A stretch of 63,917 bases of DNA, filler included, from Candidatus Rokuibacteriota bacterium (lineage in GTDB: Bacteria; JAUVQV01; DATDCY01): NCBI GenBank assembly GCA_031406795.1. It is 11 parts of 11 records of this genome, joined end to end, with 100 filler letters (N's around TTAATTAATTAA, not from the genome) between each part and the next. Parts side by side here need not be neighbours in the genome. Positions count along the whole stretch, not along the records: positions 39,055 to 46,676 come from JANOHV010000192.1; positions 46,777 to 50,760 come from JANOHV010000067.1; positions 50,861 to 55,804 come from JANOHV010000073.1; 8 more parts are not named here. One strand, given 5' to 3'. The position numbers and the translations under genes are program-made. This document shows positions 41,378-51,032 of the stretch, piece after piece. How positions within the stretch are numbered: position 1 is the stretch's first letter; every line of letters begins with the position of its first letter. Below the pieces are notes generated by a model that made no database searches, was not told where the DNA came from, and was given only the letters and a program-made list of their open reading frames with translations.

Positions 41378-42585
41378 ATCGACAGTACCTCACGCCGCGC
41401 GAGGGTGATGATCCCGATCGCGGCGCAGAGGGCGACCCCGAAGGTGGCCACCGCCGCCATGGTCCCGATCAGTCCGGCCAGTGCGCCGATCAGGATGTTG
41501 CCCAGCGGCATCGCCCCCATGAGCACCAGCGTGAATATGCTCATGATCCGGCCGCGCAGCGCGTCGGGGACCATCGATTGCACGAGCGTGTTCGCCGTCG
41601 CGGCCTGGGCAACCATCGCGGCTCCGGCCAGGATGAGCAGCGGCACGGCGGTCACGAAGGAGCGGCTCGATGCGAAGAGCAGCAGGGCGGCGCCGAAGAC
41701 CAGGCCGGCGCCCGCAACCACCGTGCCGCTGATCGGCTTCTGCCGGCTGGCGAGCACGAGCACCGAGACGATCGCGCCGACGCCGGTCACGGCCATCAGC
41801 GCGCCGTAGCCGCGGGCGTCGGTGTGCAGCACGTCCCGGGCAAAGGACGGCAGCAGTGTCACGCACGGGAAGCCGAAGAAACTCGCCGCCGCCACCAGCG
41901 CGATCAACCCCTGGAAGCGGCGCTCGCGCGCGGCGTAGGCGAACCCCTCGCGCAGGTGCGAGGCCATGGATGCGCCGTCGGAGGTTCGCGCGGGCGGGAG
42001 ATCCCGCATCATCGCCAGCGCGGCGATCACCGGCACGAAGCTCGCGGCGTTGACCAGAAAGCACGCGGCGGTCCCCGCGGTCGCCACGATCACCCCGGCG
42101 ACCGCCGGTCCGATGACGCGCGCCGCGTTGAAGGTCAGCGAGTTCAGCGCGATGGCGTTGAGCAGGTCCTCGCGGCCGACCATTTCGACGACGAACGACT
42201 GGCGGGCGGGCAGATCCAGCGCGTTCGCCGTGCCGAGCAGCAGCGCGGCGGCGATCACCTGCCAGACCTGCACCTGGCCGAAAAGCACGAGCAGGCCAAG
42301 CGCCAGGGCCACCGCGGCGGACACGCTTTGGGTCGCGACCAGCAGCGAGCGCTTCGGGAGCCGGTCCGCCGCCACGCCGCCGATCAGCGAAAAGGCGAGC
42401 ACCGGCAGCGTGCCGGCCGCCCCGACCGCGCCGAGCCAGAACGGCTGGTCGGTCAGCTCCAGGATGAGCCAGCCTTGCGCGACCGTATGCATCCAGGTGC
42501 CGCTCAGGCTCACCAGTTGCGAGAACCAGAAGAGCCGGTAGTTGCGGTGCCGCAGCGCGGCGAAGGTGCGACGGTGCAGGTTCAC
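41374..42585 (-). CDS. MFS transporter (MFS_3/DHA3-like)
   Basis: FAALRHRNYRLFW, GGVAADRLPKR and FNAARVIGPA motifs; about 12 TMs. Confidence 0.9.
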   Translation of the reverse strand: MNLHRRTFAALRHRNYRLFWFSQLVSLSGTWMHTVAQGWLILELTDQPFWLGAVGAAGTLPVLAFSLIGGVAADRLPKRSLLVATQSVSAAVALALGLLVLFGQVQVWQVIAAALLLGTANALDLPARQSFVVEMVGREDLLNAIALNSLTFNAARVIGPAVAGVIVATAGTAACFLVNAASFVPVIAALAMMRDLPPARTSDGASMASHLREGFAYAARERRFQGLIALVAAASFFGFPCVTLLPSFARDVLHTDARGYGALMAVTGVGAIVSVLVLASRQKPISGTVVAGAGLVFGAALLLFASSRSFVTAVPLLILAGAAMVAQAATANTLVQSMVPDALRGRIMSIFTLVLMGAMPLGNILIGALAGLIGTMAAVATFGVALCAAIGIITLARREVLSI

Positions 42586-42607
42586 CCCGGCCGGGCCTCC
42601 GCGGGGC

Positions 42608-42814
42608 TCAGCCGCGCGGGCGCGGCGCCAGGCGCAGCGCGAGGCCGTCGGTCAGGGCGCCGTCAAGGCCGCGCTCCCGCCCCTTGCCGTCGAGGACGAC
42701 GAGTTCGCCCTGCTGCACCCGGACAACCTGGTCCCGGGAGAGAAGGCTGCGCACCCGCAGCCCCGCGGCGAGCTGGCGCTCTTCGTCGTTGAATCGGATG
42801 CGCACGAGACTCAC
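42608..42814 (-). CDS. Small hypothetical protein, possible ThiS/MoaD-like beta-grasp without the C-terminal GG
   Basis: GTG start overlapping the upstream stop, with GGAGG RBS; 68 aa. Confidence 0.5.
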   Translation of the reverse strand: MSLVRIRFNDEERQLAAGLRVRSLLSRDQVVRVQQGELVVLDGKGRERGLDGALTDGLALRLAPRPRG

Positions 42815-44298
42815 GGCCGGACCTCCGCGATGCGGCCATCGGTCGCGTACGCGACGTTCCCGCGCCGCCGCCACCAGTCCTCGAGGACGACGCGCAGCCA
42901 GCGGCCGGAGTCGTTGTAGACCGGATCGTGGCCGGCGAAGACGGTGTAGCCATTGCCGCCGGCCGCGAGGAAATCGTGGGTCGCGATCACATAGCGGTGC
43001 GACTCGTCCAGCGGCTGGCCGCCGACGCTCACCGCCACGATGCGCGAACCGGCCGGAGCCTTCGGGTCGAAGGTGAAGCTCATGCCGGAGACCTGCGAAA
43101 AGCCGCCGTCGCGAACCTCGACGCGCGCGACGCCGGTCTCGAGCGCCTCGCGCAACTCCTTGCCGGTGATCGCGAACGAGATCAGCCAGTTGTCGAAGGG
43201 CAGCGCGTTGTAGATCGTCCCGCGGGTGACCGGCCCGGCCGGGATGCCGGCGCGGATCGTGCCGCCGTTGACCAGCGCCACGTCGGCGCCGGCCGCCTCG
43301 CGCATCGCGTCGGCCACCAGATCGCCGAGGTTGGTCTCGCGGGTGCGCATCGCCTCCTTGCCGCCTTCGAGGTCGACCAGCGCCGTGCCGACCGGCTCGT
43401 TCATCCTGTCGCACAGTCTCTGCTGGTAGCCGGTCACGAGCGCGGCGACCGCCGGATCCTCGCCGCCGGCGGCGGTCACCGGCAGCAGGCGGTAACGGTG
43501 CGCGGTCACCTTGCCGTCCGTCACGTCGAGGTCGAGGCGACCGAGGAAAACGCCCCGCTCGTAGGCCTGGAGCACGAGCGCGCCGCCGATTGTCTCGGGC
43601 TGCTCGATCTTCGTGTGGGTGTGGCCGCCGACGATGACGTCGATCCCGGGCACGGCCGCCGCGAGCTTCTCGTCCTCCTCGACGCCGAGGTGGGTCAACG
43701 CGACGATCAGGTCCGCCTGGGGTCGCAGCTCGGCCACCAGCCGGCGGGCGGTGGCGACGGGGTCGCCGAAGACCAGCCCTTTCACGTTGCGCGGGTGGGT
43801 CGCCACCGGCGTTTCCTCCGTCGTCAGGCCGAAGAGCGCCACCCGCAGCGAGCCGACGGTCAGGATCACCGCGGGTTTCCAGGGGCCATCGCCCGTGATG
43901 TTCGCGGCGAGGAAGGGGAAGCGCGCGGCGGCGGCTCGCTCGCCCAGCGCGGGCTGCCTGTTGTCGAACTCGTGGTTGCCGACCGCCGAGGCGTCGAGGC
44001 CCATCAGGTTGAATGCCTCGATCGCCGGCTGCCCGGCGAAGAGGTTCGAAAGATTCGTCCCCTGCAGCAGATCGCCCGCCGCGAGAAAGAGCGTGGTCGG
44101 CGTGCGCTCGGCCTTGACCAGGGCCGCGAGCCGGGCCGCGCCCCCCTCCTCGGGCCGCTCCGCCGCGGGGCGGGTCGGCTGAAGGGCGCCGTGGAAGTCG
44201 TTGATGTGCAGGATGGTCAGCGTCTCCGCGGCCGCGAGGGCGGGATCGTGCAGACAGAGCAGCAGGAACAGGCCGGCGAGAGGACGGCGGAGCTTCAT
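42811..44298 (-). CDS. Periplasmic 5'-nucleotidase / metallophosphoesterase
   Basis: HINDFHG, AGDLLQG, GNHEFD and GGHTH motifs; 5'-nucleotidase C-domain (NGGTIR); signal peptide. Confidence 0.93.
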   Translation of the reverse strand: MKLRRPLAGLFLLLCLHDPALAAAETLTILHINDFHGALQPTRPAAERPEEGGAARLAALVKAERTPTTLFLAAGDLLQGTNLSNLFAGQPAIEAFNLMGLDASAVGNHEFDNRQPALGERAAAARFPFLAANITGDGPWKPAVILTVGSLRVALFGLTTEETPVATHPRNVKGLVFGDPVATARRLVAELRPQADLIVALTHLGVEEDEKLAAAVPGIDVIVGGHTHTKIEQPETIGGALVLQAYERGVFLGRLDLDVTDGKVTAHRYRLLPVTAAGGEDPAVAALVTGYQQRLCDRMNEPVGTALVDLEGGKEAMRTRETNLGDLVADAMREAAGADVALVNGGTIRAGIPAGPVTRGTIYNALPFDNWLISFAITGKELREALETGVARVEVRDGGFSQVSGMSFTFDPKAPAGSRIVAVSVGGQPLDESHRYVIATHDFLAAGGNGYTVFAGHDPVYNDSGRWLRVVLEDWWRRRGNVAYATDGRIAEVRP

Positions 44299-44359
44299 AC
44301 GCCAGAGGATACGGGAGTGCCCGGGGACCGTCAAATCGGCGAGACTTCGTGGGAAAGCT

Positions 44360-45796
44360 TCAGCGCATCGGCGCGGGATTGGCGTCCCGCTTGAAGGCGG
44401 CGAGGCGTGGGTCACGCCGGGCTGTGGCGAGGAATTCCCCGGCGAAGATGCGATGGGCCTCGGCATTCGGGTGCCCCTCCCAGCGACTCACCGTGAGGTT
44501 GCGGCCGCGGTGGACCCGCAGGTACTCCGCCGGGACGACCGCCATGCCGGCTGCGGCCAGGTGCTTCTCCGCCAGCCGGCCGATCTGCCAGCCCGGCCCG
44601 CTCGTGTCCGGCGACTGGTTGAGGACCAACGCGGCGACCGGGGGCAGCCCGCTGGCGGTGACGAAGCGGTTCATCGCCGCCACGTCGCCGGCAAAGCGCG
44701 TCTGGTAGTTGCGGAAGTCGCGCAGGATGTCGGTGTAGAAATCCGTCCGGATTCCGGCCCGCATCAGCAGGCGGTCATACGCGGCCGCGAAGAGCGCGCC
44801 AAGGCGCGTGCCGTGTTCGAGGTGGAACCCATACGGGAGGTTCACGGTCCAGGCCCGGTTGTTCCGGTACTCCCCGCGGCCGGAGGGCAGGAAGTCGTTC
44901 AGGCAGACGCCGTAAAGCACGAGGTCGGCGGCCAGCGACGGCAGCAGTCGCTCGGCGAGTCGGCGGATCTCCTCGCTTTGCAGGCCGCTGACGCCAAGAT
45001 TCAGGACCTCGGTCCGGTATTCCCGCTGCAATTCACGCTCGAGCACCGCGGGCCAGGCTTCCTCGGCGGCGACTCCCTCCCCGTAGGTCAGCGAGTCGCC
45101 GAAGGCCGCGATACGGAAGGTTCCCGCGGCCTTCGGGGGCAGGGGCGTGGTGCGTCGCAGCCGGTTGGCGTCCAGGACATGCAGCTGTCCTTGCCACCAG
45201 AAGGCCTCGATTGCGCCTGGCACCTGCGTGTCGCGGCGCTGGAGGGCCTCAGGCATGACCAGGCGCTCGACGGCGGCCGCGGCAGCGGGCGGCGGCGGCC
45301 GGCGGGCCAGGCCGGCGAGGAGCCCCTCGATAAGTGCGGCCGAGAGCGTCAGCGTGGCGACGGCCAACAGCGGCCCCGTCGCAGGGGGAACGCGCCGGCG
45401 CATCGCCAGAGCTTCGGCAAGCAGGGCGGCCGCGCCACGCAGGGCGAACAGCAGCAGTCCGACCGCCGTGCCGGCCCAGAGCACCTCGAGGACGCCGGAG
45501 CTTGCGGAGAACAGCAGCGCCGCGCCCTGCATGCCGGCAAACGCCGCCGCAATCGCCGCGAGCTTGCGCAACGGCAAGGGGCCGGCGACGGTTCGCCGCT
45601 ACCACAGCACCGCGATGCCGCCGGCGAACGCCAGCGACTGCGCAAGCCGCCCGGCGATCAGCGCGATGGGTGTTTCGGGCGCCGCGCGGCCGCCGAACCA
45701 GGGAAAAAGCGCCCCGGCGTCGAGCAGCGGGCTCGCCGCGACGAGCGCCAGGCCGATCCAGAGACGGGAGCGGTTCGGGACTTGCTTCGTGGTCAC
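44360..45796 (-). pseudogene. Membrane-anchored SGNH/GDSL hydrolase interrupted by an in-frame TAG at 45599-45601
   Basis: GDSLTYG, NLGVSG, CLND and EGHPN motifs. The upstream hydrophobic ORF (GTG 45796) is in the same frame: VLW*RRTVAGPLPLRK. Confidence 0.65.
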
Positions 45797-45881
45797 GCCC
45801 CTTTGTACCAGAAGTTCCGCCCGTTTCGTGCGGCCGCGGTGTGCGTTTCCGGCCGCCGGCGCGTGATGGTATCCTTGCGCG

Positions 45882-46676
45882 ATGCCCGAGTTGTTCAAAC
45901 TTCCCCGCGCCCCCGCGGTCGCAGCCGCGACGGCCGACGTGACCCTCGAGGGGGTGCTCGAGTCGGTCACGTTCGCCAACGAGGAGACCGGCTGGAGCGT
46001 CGTGCGTTTCGAGGTCGAGGGCCGGCGCGGACTGGTCACCGCGGTCGGGCTGCTGCCCGGGGTGCGCCCCGGCGAGTGCCTGCGCCTCACCGGCCGCTGG
46101 GAGACCGACCGGCGCTTCGGCGAGCAGTTCAAGTTCAGCGGCTACCTGCCGGTTGTGCCCTCGACGCTTGCCGGCATGGAGCGCTACCTCGCCTCCGGCC
46201 TGATCAGGGGGATCGGCAAGGTCATGGCCGCGCGGCTGGTCAAGCGCTTCGGACTCGAGACGATGGACATCATCGAGCGTACGCCCGAGCGCCTCGGCGA
46301 GGTCGAGGGCATCGGGCCGGCGCGCAGCGCGCTGATCCTGGGCGCCTGGAACGAGCAGCGGGCCGTGCGCCAGGTGATGCTGTTTCTGCAGTCGCACGGG
46401 GTCGCGACGGCGCACGCCCACCGCATCTGGCGCCAGTACGGCGACGGCGCGATCGCGATCGTGCGCGACAACCCGTACCGGCTGGCCGAGGAGGTCTTCG
46501 GCATCGGCTTTCGTACCGCCGACACCATCGCGCGCTCGCTCGGCCTGCCGACGCAGGCGCCGCAGCGGCTCGAGGCCGGACTGATCCACGCGCTCGTCGA
46601 GGCCGCCGAGAGCGCCGGGCACGTCTACCTGCCGCGCGGCGTGCTGGTGCAGCGGGCCGCCGAGCTGCTCCAGATC
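45882..46676 (+). CDS. recD2: RecD2-like helicase, N-terminal part
   Basis: YLASGLIRGIG, NPYRLAEEVFGIGFRTAD and GHVYLP motifs. Confidence 0.92.
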
Positions 46677-46980
46677 NNNNNNNNNNNNNNNNNNNNNNNN
46701 NNNNNNNNNNNNNNNNNNNNTTAATTAATTAANNNNNNNNNNNNNNNNNNNNNNNNNNNNNNNNNNNNNNNNNNNNGAGCTTCCAGTCCGGCAATTCAAG
46801 TTCCGTGTCGACCACGAGGGGCAACAGTTCTGGAGTGATCTGATCTCGGTGGAGGAGACGGGCACACAACGCGTGAGCGTCGGCGTCGCGCCCTGAAGCG
46901 GAGGCTGAGCGCCAAGCAGGTGCCGGGGCGGACGCGCCGCCGAACCGCGATCGCGCAGGGCGCGCGCCCGGGAATCCCCC

Positions 46981-47652
46981 CTACCCCTCGGGCCGTCGCA
47001 GCAGCCGGGCGAGGGCCGCGGCCTGGCCGGTGCGCACGACCGCGATCACCTCGTCCCCGGGCAGCAGCACCGTGTCGCCCCGCGGGGCCAGCACCTCTCC
47101 TCCGCGCACGATGGCGGCGAGCGTGCAACCCGGCGGGATCGCCAGACCCTGCACGGGCCTCCCCGCCGCGGGTGCGCCCTCCTCGATCCGCTCCTCGGCG
47201 AGGCTGACCTCGCCGCGGCGCAGTTTGACCAGGATCGTCATGTCGCCGAGCGACATCTCCTCGGCGATCAGCTTGGCCATCAGGTCGGCCTGGTTGAGGA
47301 CCACGTCCACCCCCATCGCCGGCGTGAAGAGCCAGGCGTTACGCGGGTTGTTCACGCGGGCGATCACCCGCGGGACCGAGAACTCGGAGCGCGCCATGGT
47401 CGCCACGACGAGGTTGTCCTCGTCGGCGCCGGTCACGACGGCGACGACCTGCGCCTCGCGGATGCCGGCGGCGATGAGCACTTTCGGGTCGGCCCCGTCG
47501 CCCGCCACCACGGCTGCCGCCGGCAGCTCGAGGCGCAGCTTGACGACGGTCTCGTCCCGGCTCTCCACGACCCGCACCTGGTGCCCGCCGGCGAGCAGCA
47601 GCCCGGCCAGGTGCGACCCGGTCCGTCCCCCCCCCACGATGACGACGTTCAT
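46981..47652 (-). CDS. trkA: TrkA-family RCK protein (second copy)
   Basis: VVIVGGGRTG, VTGADEDNL and ARVNNPRN motifs; TrkA-C domain. Confidence 0.92.
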   Translation of the reverse strand: MNVVIVGGGRTGSHLAGLLLAGGHQVRVVESRDETVVKLRLELPAAAVVAGDGADPKVLIAAGIREAQVVAVVTGADEDNLVVATMARSEFSVPRVIARVNNPRNAWLFTPAMGVDVVLNQADLMAKLIAEEMSLGDMTILVKLRRGEVSLAEERIEEGAPAAGRPVQGLAIPPGCTLAAIVRGGEVLAPRGDTVLLPGDEVIAVVRTGQAAALARLLRRPEG

Positions 47653-47653
47653 C

Positions 47654-48316
47654 TCACTCCCCTCCCTGGCGCAGCCCGAGCAGGTGCTCGAGTCGTCCGC
47701 GCGCGTGCGCCATCACGGCGATGACCGCCAGATCGCCCTGCTGGAAGACCGTCTCGCGCGCGGGCAGCAGCGCCGCCTCTTTGCGCAGGATGGCCGTGAC
47801 GCTGATCGCGCCGGGCACGCTGACGTGCCCCACGTCGCGGCCGACCCAGTGGCTGGGCACCTCGTGCTCGACGAGCGAGAGCGTCCCCGTGCCGATGCTG
47901 CGGATCACGTTGAGCTCGCCGTGCACCAGCAGCTGCTGGACCCGGCTCGCCCCCCAGGCGGTCGTCGACACCGTCTGGAGCCCGAGCCGCGCGTAGACCT
48001 CGGCGCGGCGGGGGTCGTAGACGCGCGCGACGACCTTCGGCACGCGGAAGATGGTGCGCGCGATCCGCGCCGTGAGGATGTTGGCGTTGTCCCCGGAGGT
48101 CAGCGCGGCCAGCGCATCGCTGCGCTCGATGCCGGCGCGCAGCAGCACCTCGCGGTCGAAGCCGACCCCTTCGACCGTGGCCCCGGCAAAGCCGGCGCCG
48201 AGGCGCTCGAAGGCGCGGCGGTCGCGGTCGACCACGGTCACCTCCCGGCCTTCCCGGGCGAGCGCGAGCGCGAGCTCCGCCCCCATGCGGCCGCAGCCCA
48301 CGACGATCACTTTCAT
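47654..48316 (-). CDS. trkA: TrkA-family RCK protein (first copy)
   Basis: MKVIVVGCGRMG, TSGDNAN and ARVYDPRRAE motifs. ATG overlaps the ATPase stop. Confidence 0.92.
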   Translation of the reverse strand: MKVIVVGCGRMGAELALALAREGREVTVVDRDRRAFERLGAGFAGATVEGVGFDREVLLRAGIERSDALAALTSGDNANILTARIARTIFRVPKVVARVYDPRRAEVYARLGLQTVSTTAWGASRVQQLLVHGELNVIRSIGTGTLSLVEHEVPSHWVGRDVGHVSVPGAISVTAILRKEAALLPARETVFQQGDLAVIAVMAHARGRLEHLLGLRQGGE

Positions 48317-50760
48317 GGCGTCCCCCTCCCGATGTTCCGCGTCTCGGCGCGGAACCATGTGGTGGCAAATCTCGACGGTGGTTCCTTCGCCGGTGCTTGC
48401 GATTGGTGAACGGTATTCGCGCCCGCTCCCTTTGGCGGCAGGCCGCCATCTGGTCCTCGTGCGGCCCGCCGCTCCCGCCGGCGAACGAAGGCCTTGCGGC
48501 CCTCCTCGGCAAAGAGCATGATCGGCGGATAGAGCATCAGGAACAGCCAGTACTTCAGGGGCAGCGGCCCCTCCTCGAACAGCCTGCGCAGCGGCGGCAC
48601 GTAGATCAGCGCCGCCATGAGCGCCAGCTCCGCGGCGAAACCCGCCAGCAGCAGGCGGTTGCTCCAGAACCCGACCGTGAAGACCGAGCTGCGCTCCGTG
48701 CGGCAGGCGTAGGCGTTGCCGATCTGGCTCGCGACCACGCCGGCGTGGAACATGCTCGTCGCCGCCACGTAGACCAGGCCCTCCTTCGACAGCAGGCGCT
48801 CGTCGTAAGGGAGCAGATCCGGGCGCGGCAGGTGCAGCAGGTCGCGGTACCCCATCGTCCAGTAGAAGAAGAAAAAGCCGGCGAAACAAAGCAGCGTCTG
48901 GATCGAGCCGAGCCAGAGCAGCGAGCGCAGGATGAGCGGGCGGTTGACGAGCCGCTCGCGGGGGTTGCGCGGCGGTCGGTCCATGAGGCCGGGCTCGGGC
49001 TTTTCCGTCCCGAGCGCGAGCGCCGGCAGGATGTCCGTGCCGAGGTCGACGGCGAGGATCTGCATCACGGGCAGCGCGAGCGGGACGTTGAAGAGAATCT
49101 GCAGGATGAAGGGCCAGGCCTCCGGGGTGTTGCTGGTGAAGATGTAGGTCGTGAACTTGCGGATGTTGGCGTAGACGGCGCGCCCCTCCTCGATGGCGCT
49201 GACGATCGAGGCGAAGTTGTCGTCGAGCAGGATCATCGGGGCCGCCTCCTTGGCCACGTCCGTGCCCGCGATGCCCATCGCGATGCCGATGTCCGCCTTG
49301 CGCAGCGCGGGGGCGTCGTTCACCCCGTCGCCCGTGACGGCGACGACCTCGCCGAGCGCCTGCAGCGCCGTCACGACGCGCAGCTTGTGCTCCGGCGCCA
49401 CCCGCGCGAAGACCGCCTCTCCGCGCAGGACCTCCGCGAGGGCCTCGTCGGTCATCGCGTCCAGGTCCTGCCCGGTCACGATGCGCGCCCCCTCCCCGAC
49501 GATGCCCACGCGGCGCGCGATGGAGGCGGCCGTCAGGCCGTAGTCGCCGGTGACCATCGTGACGCGGATGCCGGCGCGCCGGCAGGTGAGCACCGCCGCG
49601 GCGACCTCGGGGCGCGGCGGGTCCATCATCGCCACCAGCCCGAGAAACGTGAGTTCGCTCTCCACCCATGCGGCGGTGGTCAGCTCCGGGCGGGGCGGGA
49701 GGGTGCGCCGGGCGATCGCGAGAACGCGCAGGGCGCCGCGGGCGTATTCGTCGTTCACGGCGAGGATGCGGGAGCGCGCCTCCGCGTCGAGCGGCGTCTC
49801 CTTCCCGTCGGCAAGAAGCGCGGTGCACAGCTCGAGGACCTCGCGCGGCGCCCCCTTGACGTAGGCGACCTCGCCGCCGCGCCCGGCGTGCACCGTGCTC
49901 ATGCGCTTGCGCCGTGAGTCGAACGGCAACTCGCGCGTGCGGGGAAGCGCCCCGGCGAGCGCCGCCTCGTCGATGCCGCCCTTGGCCGCGGCGACCAGCA
50001 GCGCGGCCTCCGTCGGATCGCCGAGGATCGACCAGCCGCGTCCCTCGCGCGGGGGCAGCAGCCGCGCGTTGTTGCAGAGCGCCGCCCCCGAGAGCAGCTC
50101 GCGCAAGTCCGCTTTCGCATCGTCGGCGGGACCCTCCGCGAGACGGAATTCCCCCGCCGGGTCGTAGCCGCCGCCGCTCGCGCTCCAGCGCCGGCCGGCC
50201 GTCCAGGCCTCGCGCACCGTCATCTCGTTCTGCGTCAGGGTCCCGGTCTTGTCCGTGCAGATCACCGTGCAGGCGCCGAGGGTCTCGACCGCCGAGAGCT
50301 TCTTGATCAGCGCGTTGCGCCGCGCCATGCGCTGGACGCCCATCGCGAGCGCGAGCGTGACGGTGGGCAGCAGCCCCTCGGGCACGAACGCGACCACCAT
50401 CCCCACCGCGAAGATGAAGCCGACCGCGAGCGGGCGCCCCGCCAGGGTGACGGAGATGACGAAGAACACGACCCCGATCGACACGGCGAGCAGGGTGACG
50501 ACCTTCGTCAGGCGGTTGACCTCCTTCTGCAGGGGCGAGAGCTCGTCGGCGACACTCTGGGTCAGCAGCGCGATCGTGCCGAAGGCGGTGCCCATGCCGG
50601 TGGCGAAGACCACGGCGCGGCCCGTGCCCGAGGCGACCGCGGTTCCGGCGAAAACCAGGTTCGGGCGCTCGGTCGGCGGCAGATCCCCGCGTTCGGAGGC
50701 TTCCTCCGTGCGGGGGGCGGGCATCGACTCGCCCGTGAGCGTCGAGAGGTTGACCCGCAG
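48313..50760 (-). CDS. P-type II cation-transporting ATPase, Na,K-ATPase-like (5'-truncated)
   Basis: TGES, VPEGL, DKTGTLT, GDGVNDAPAL, YIFTSNTPE and VDLGTD motifs. Confidence 0.92.
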   Translation of the reverse strand: MRVNLSTLTGESMPAPRTEEASERGDLPPTERPNLVFAGTAVASGTGRAVVFATGMGTAFGTIALLTQSVADELSPLQKEVNRLTKVVTLLAVSIGVVFFVISVTLAGRPLAVGFIFAVGMVVAFVPEGLLPTVTLALAMGVQRMARRNALIKKLSAVETLGACTVICTDKTGTLTQNEMTVREAWTAGRRWSASGGGYDPAGEFRLAEGPADDAKADLRELLSGAALCNNARLLPPREGRGWSILGDPTEAALLVAAAKGGIDEAALAGALPRTRELPFDSRRKRMSTVHAGRGGEVAYVKGAPREVLELCTALLADGKETPLDAEARSRILAVNDEYARGALRVLAIARRTLPPRPELTTAAWVESELTFLGLVAMMDPPRPEVAAAVLTCRRAGIRVTMVTGDYGLTAASIARRVGIVGEGARIVTGQDLDAMTDEALAEVLRGEAVFARVAPEHKLRVVTALQALGEVVAVTGDGVNDAPALRKADIGIAMGIAGTDVAKEAAPMILLDDNFASIVSAIEEGRAVYANIRKFTTYIFTSNTPEAWPFILQILFNVPLALPVMQILAVDLGTDILPALALGTEKPEPGLMDRPPRNPRERLVNRPLILRSLLWLGSIQTLLCFAGFFFFYWTMGYRDLLHLPRPDLLPYDERLLSKEGLVYVAATSMFHAGVVASQIGNAYACRTERSSVFTVGFWSNRLLLAGFAAELALMAALIYVPPLRRLFEEGPLPLKYWLFLMLYPPIMLFAEEGRKAFVRRRERRAARGPDGGLPPKGAGANTVHQSQAPAKEPPSRFATTWFRAETRNIGRGTP

Positions 50761-50861
50761 NNNNNNNNNNNNNNNNNNNNNNNNNNNNNNNNNNNNNNNN
50801 NNNNTTAATTAATTAANNNNNNNNNNNNNNNNNNNNNNNNNNNNNNNNNNNNNNNNNNNNG

Positions 50862-51032
50862 TTCGACTACGAGTGGGCCTCCCGGCGGATCGTCAATCTC
50901 TACAAGTCCTGGCACGAGCAGCTCGTGGACATCATGGTCCGCTTCGGCGTCGCCACCGTCCACGAGATGGTCGGGCGCATCGACCTGCTGCACCACGTCG
51001 ACTATTCCAATCAGCGGGAGGGCGGGCAGTGA
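50862..51032 (+). CDS. C-terminus of the glutamate synthase FMN subunit begun at 24663
   Basis: FDYEWASRRIVNLYKSWHEQLVDIMVRFGVATVHEMVGRIDLL. Begins GTTCGA, matching 26013-26018. Confidence 0.85.
   Translation, partial: FDYEWASRRIVNLYKSWHEQLVDIMVRFGVATVHEMVGRIDLLHHVDYSNQREGGQ

Noticed and set aside
46776-46895. C-terminus of an unknown plus-strand gene (ELPVRQFKFRVDHEGQQFWSD...)
   Set aside because: Too short at the contig edge to assign a product.
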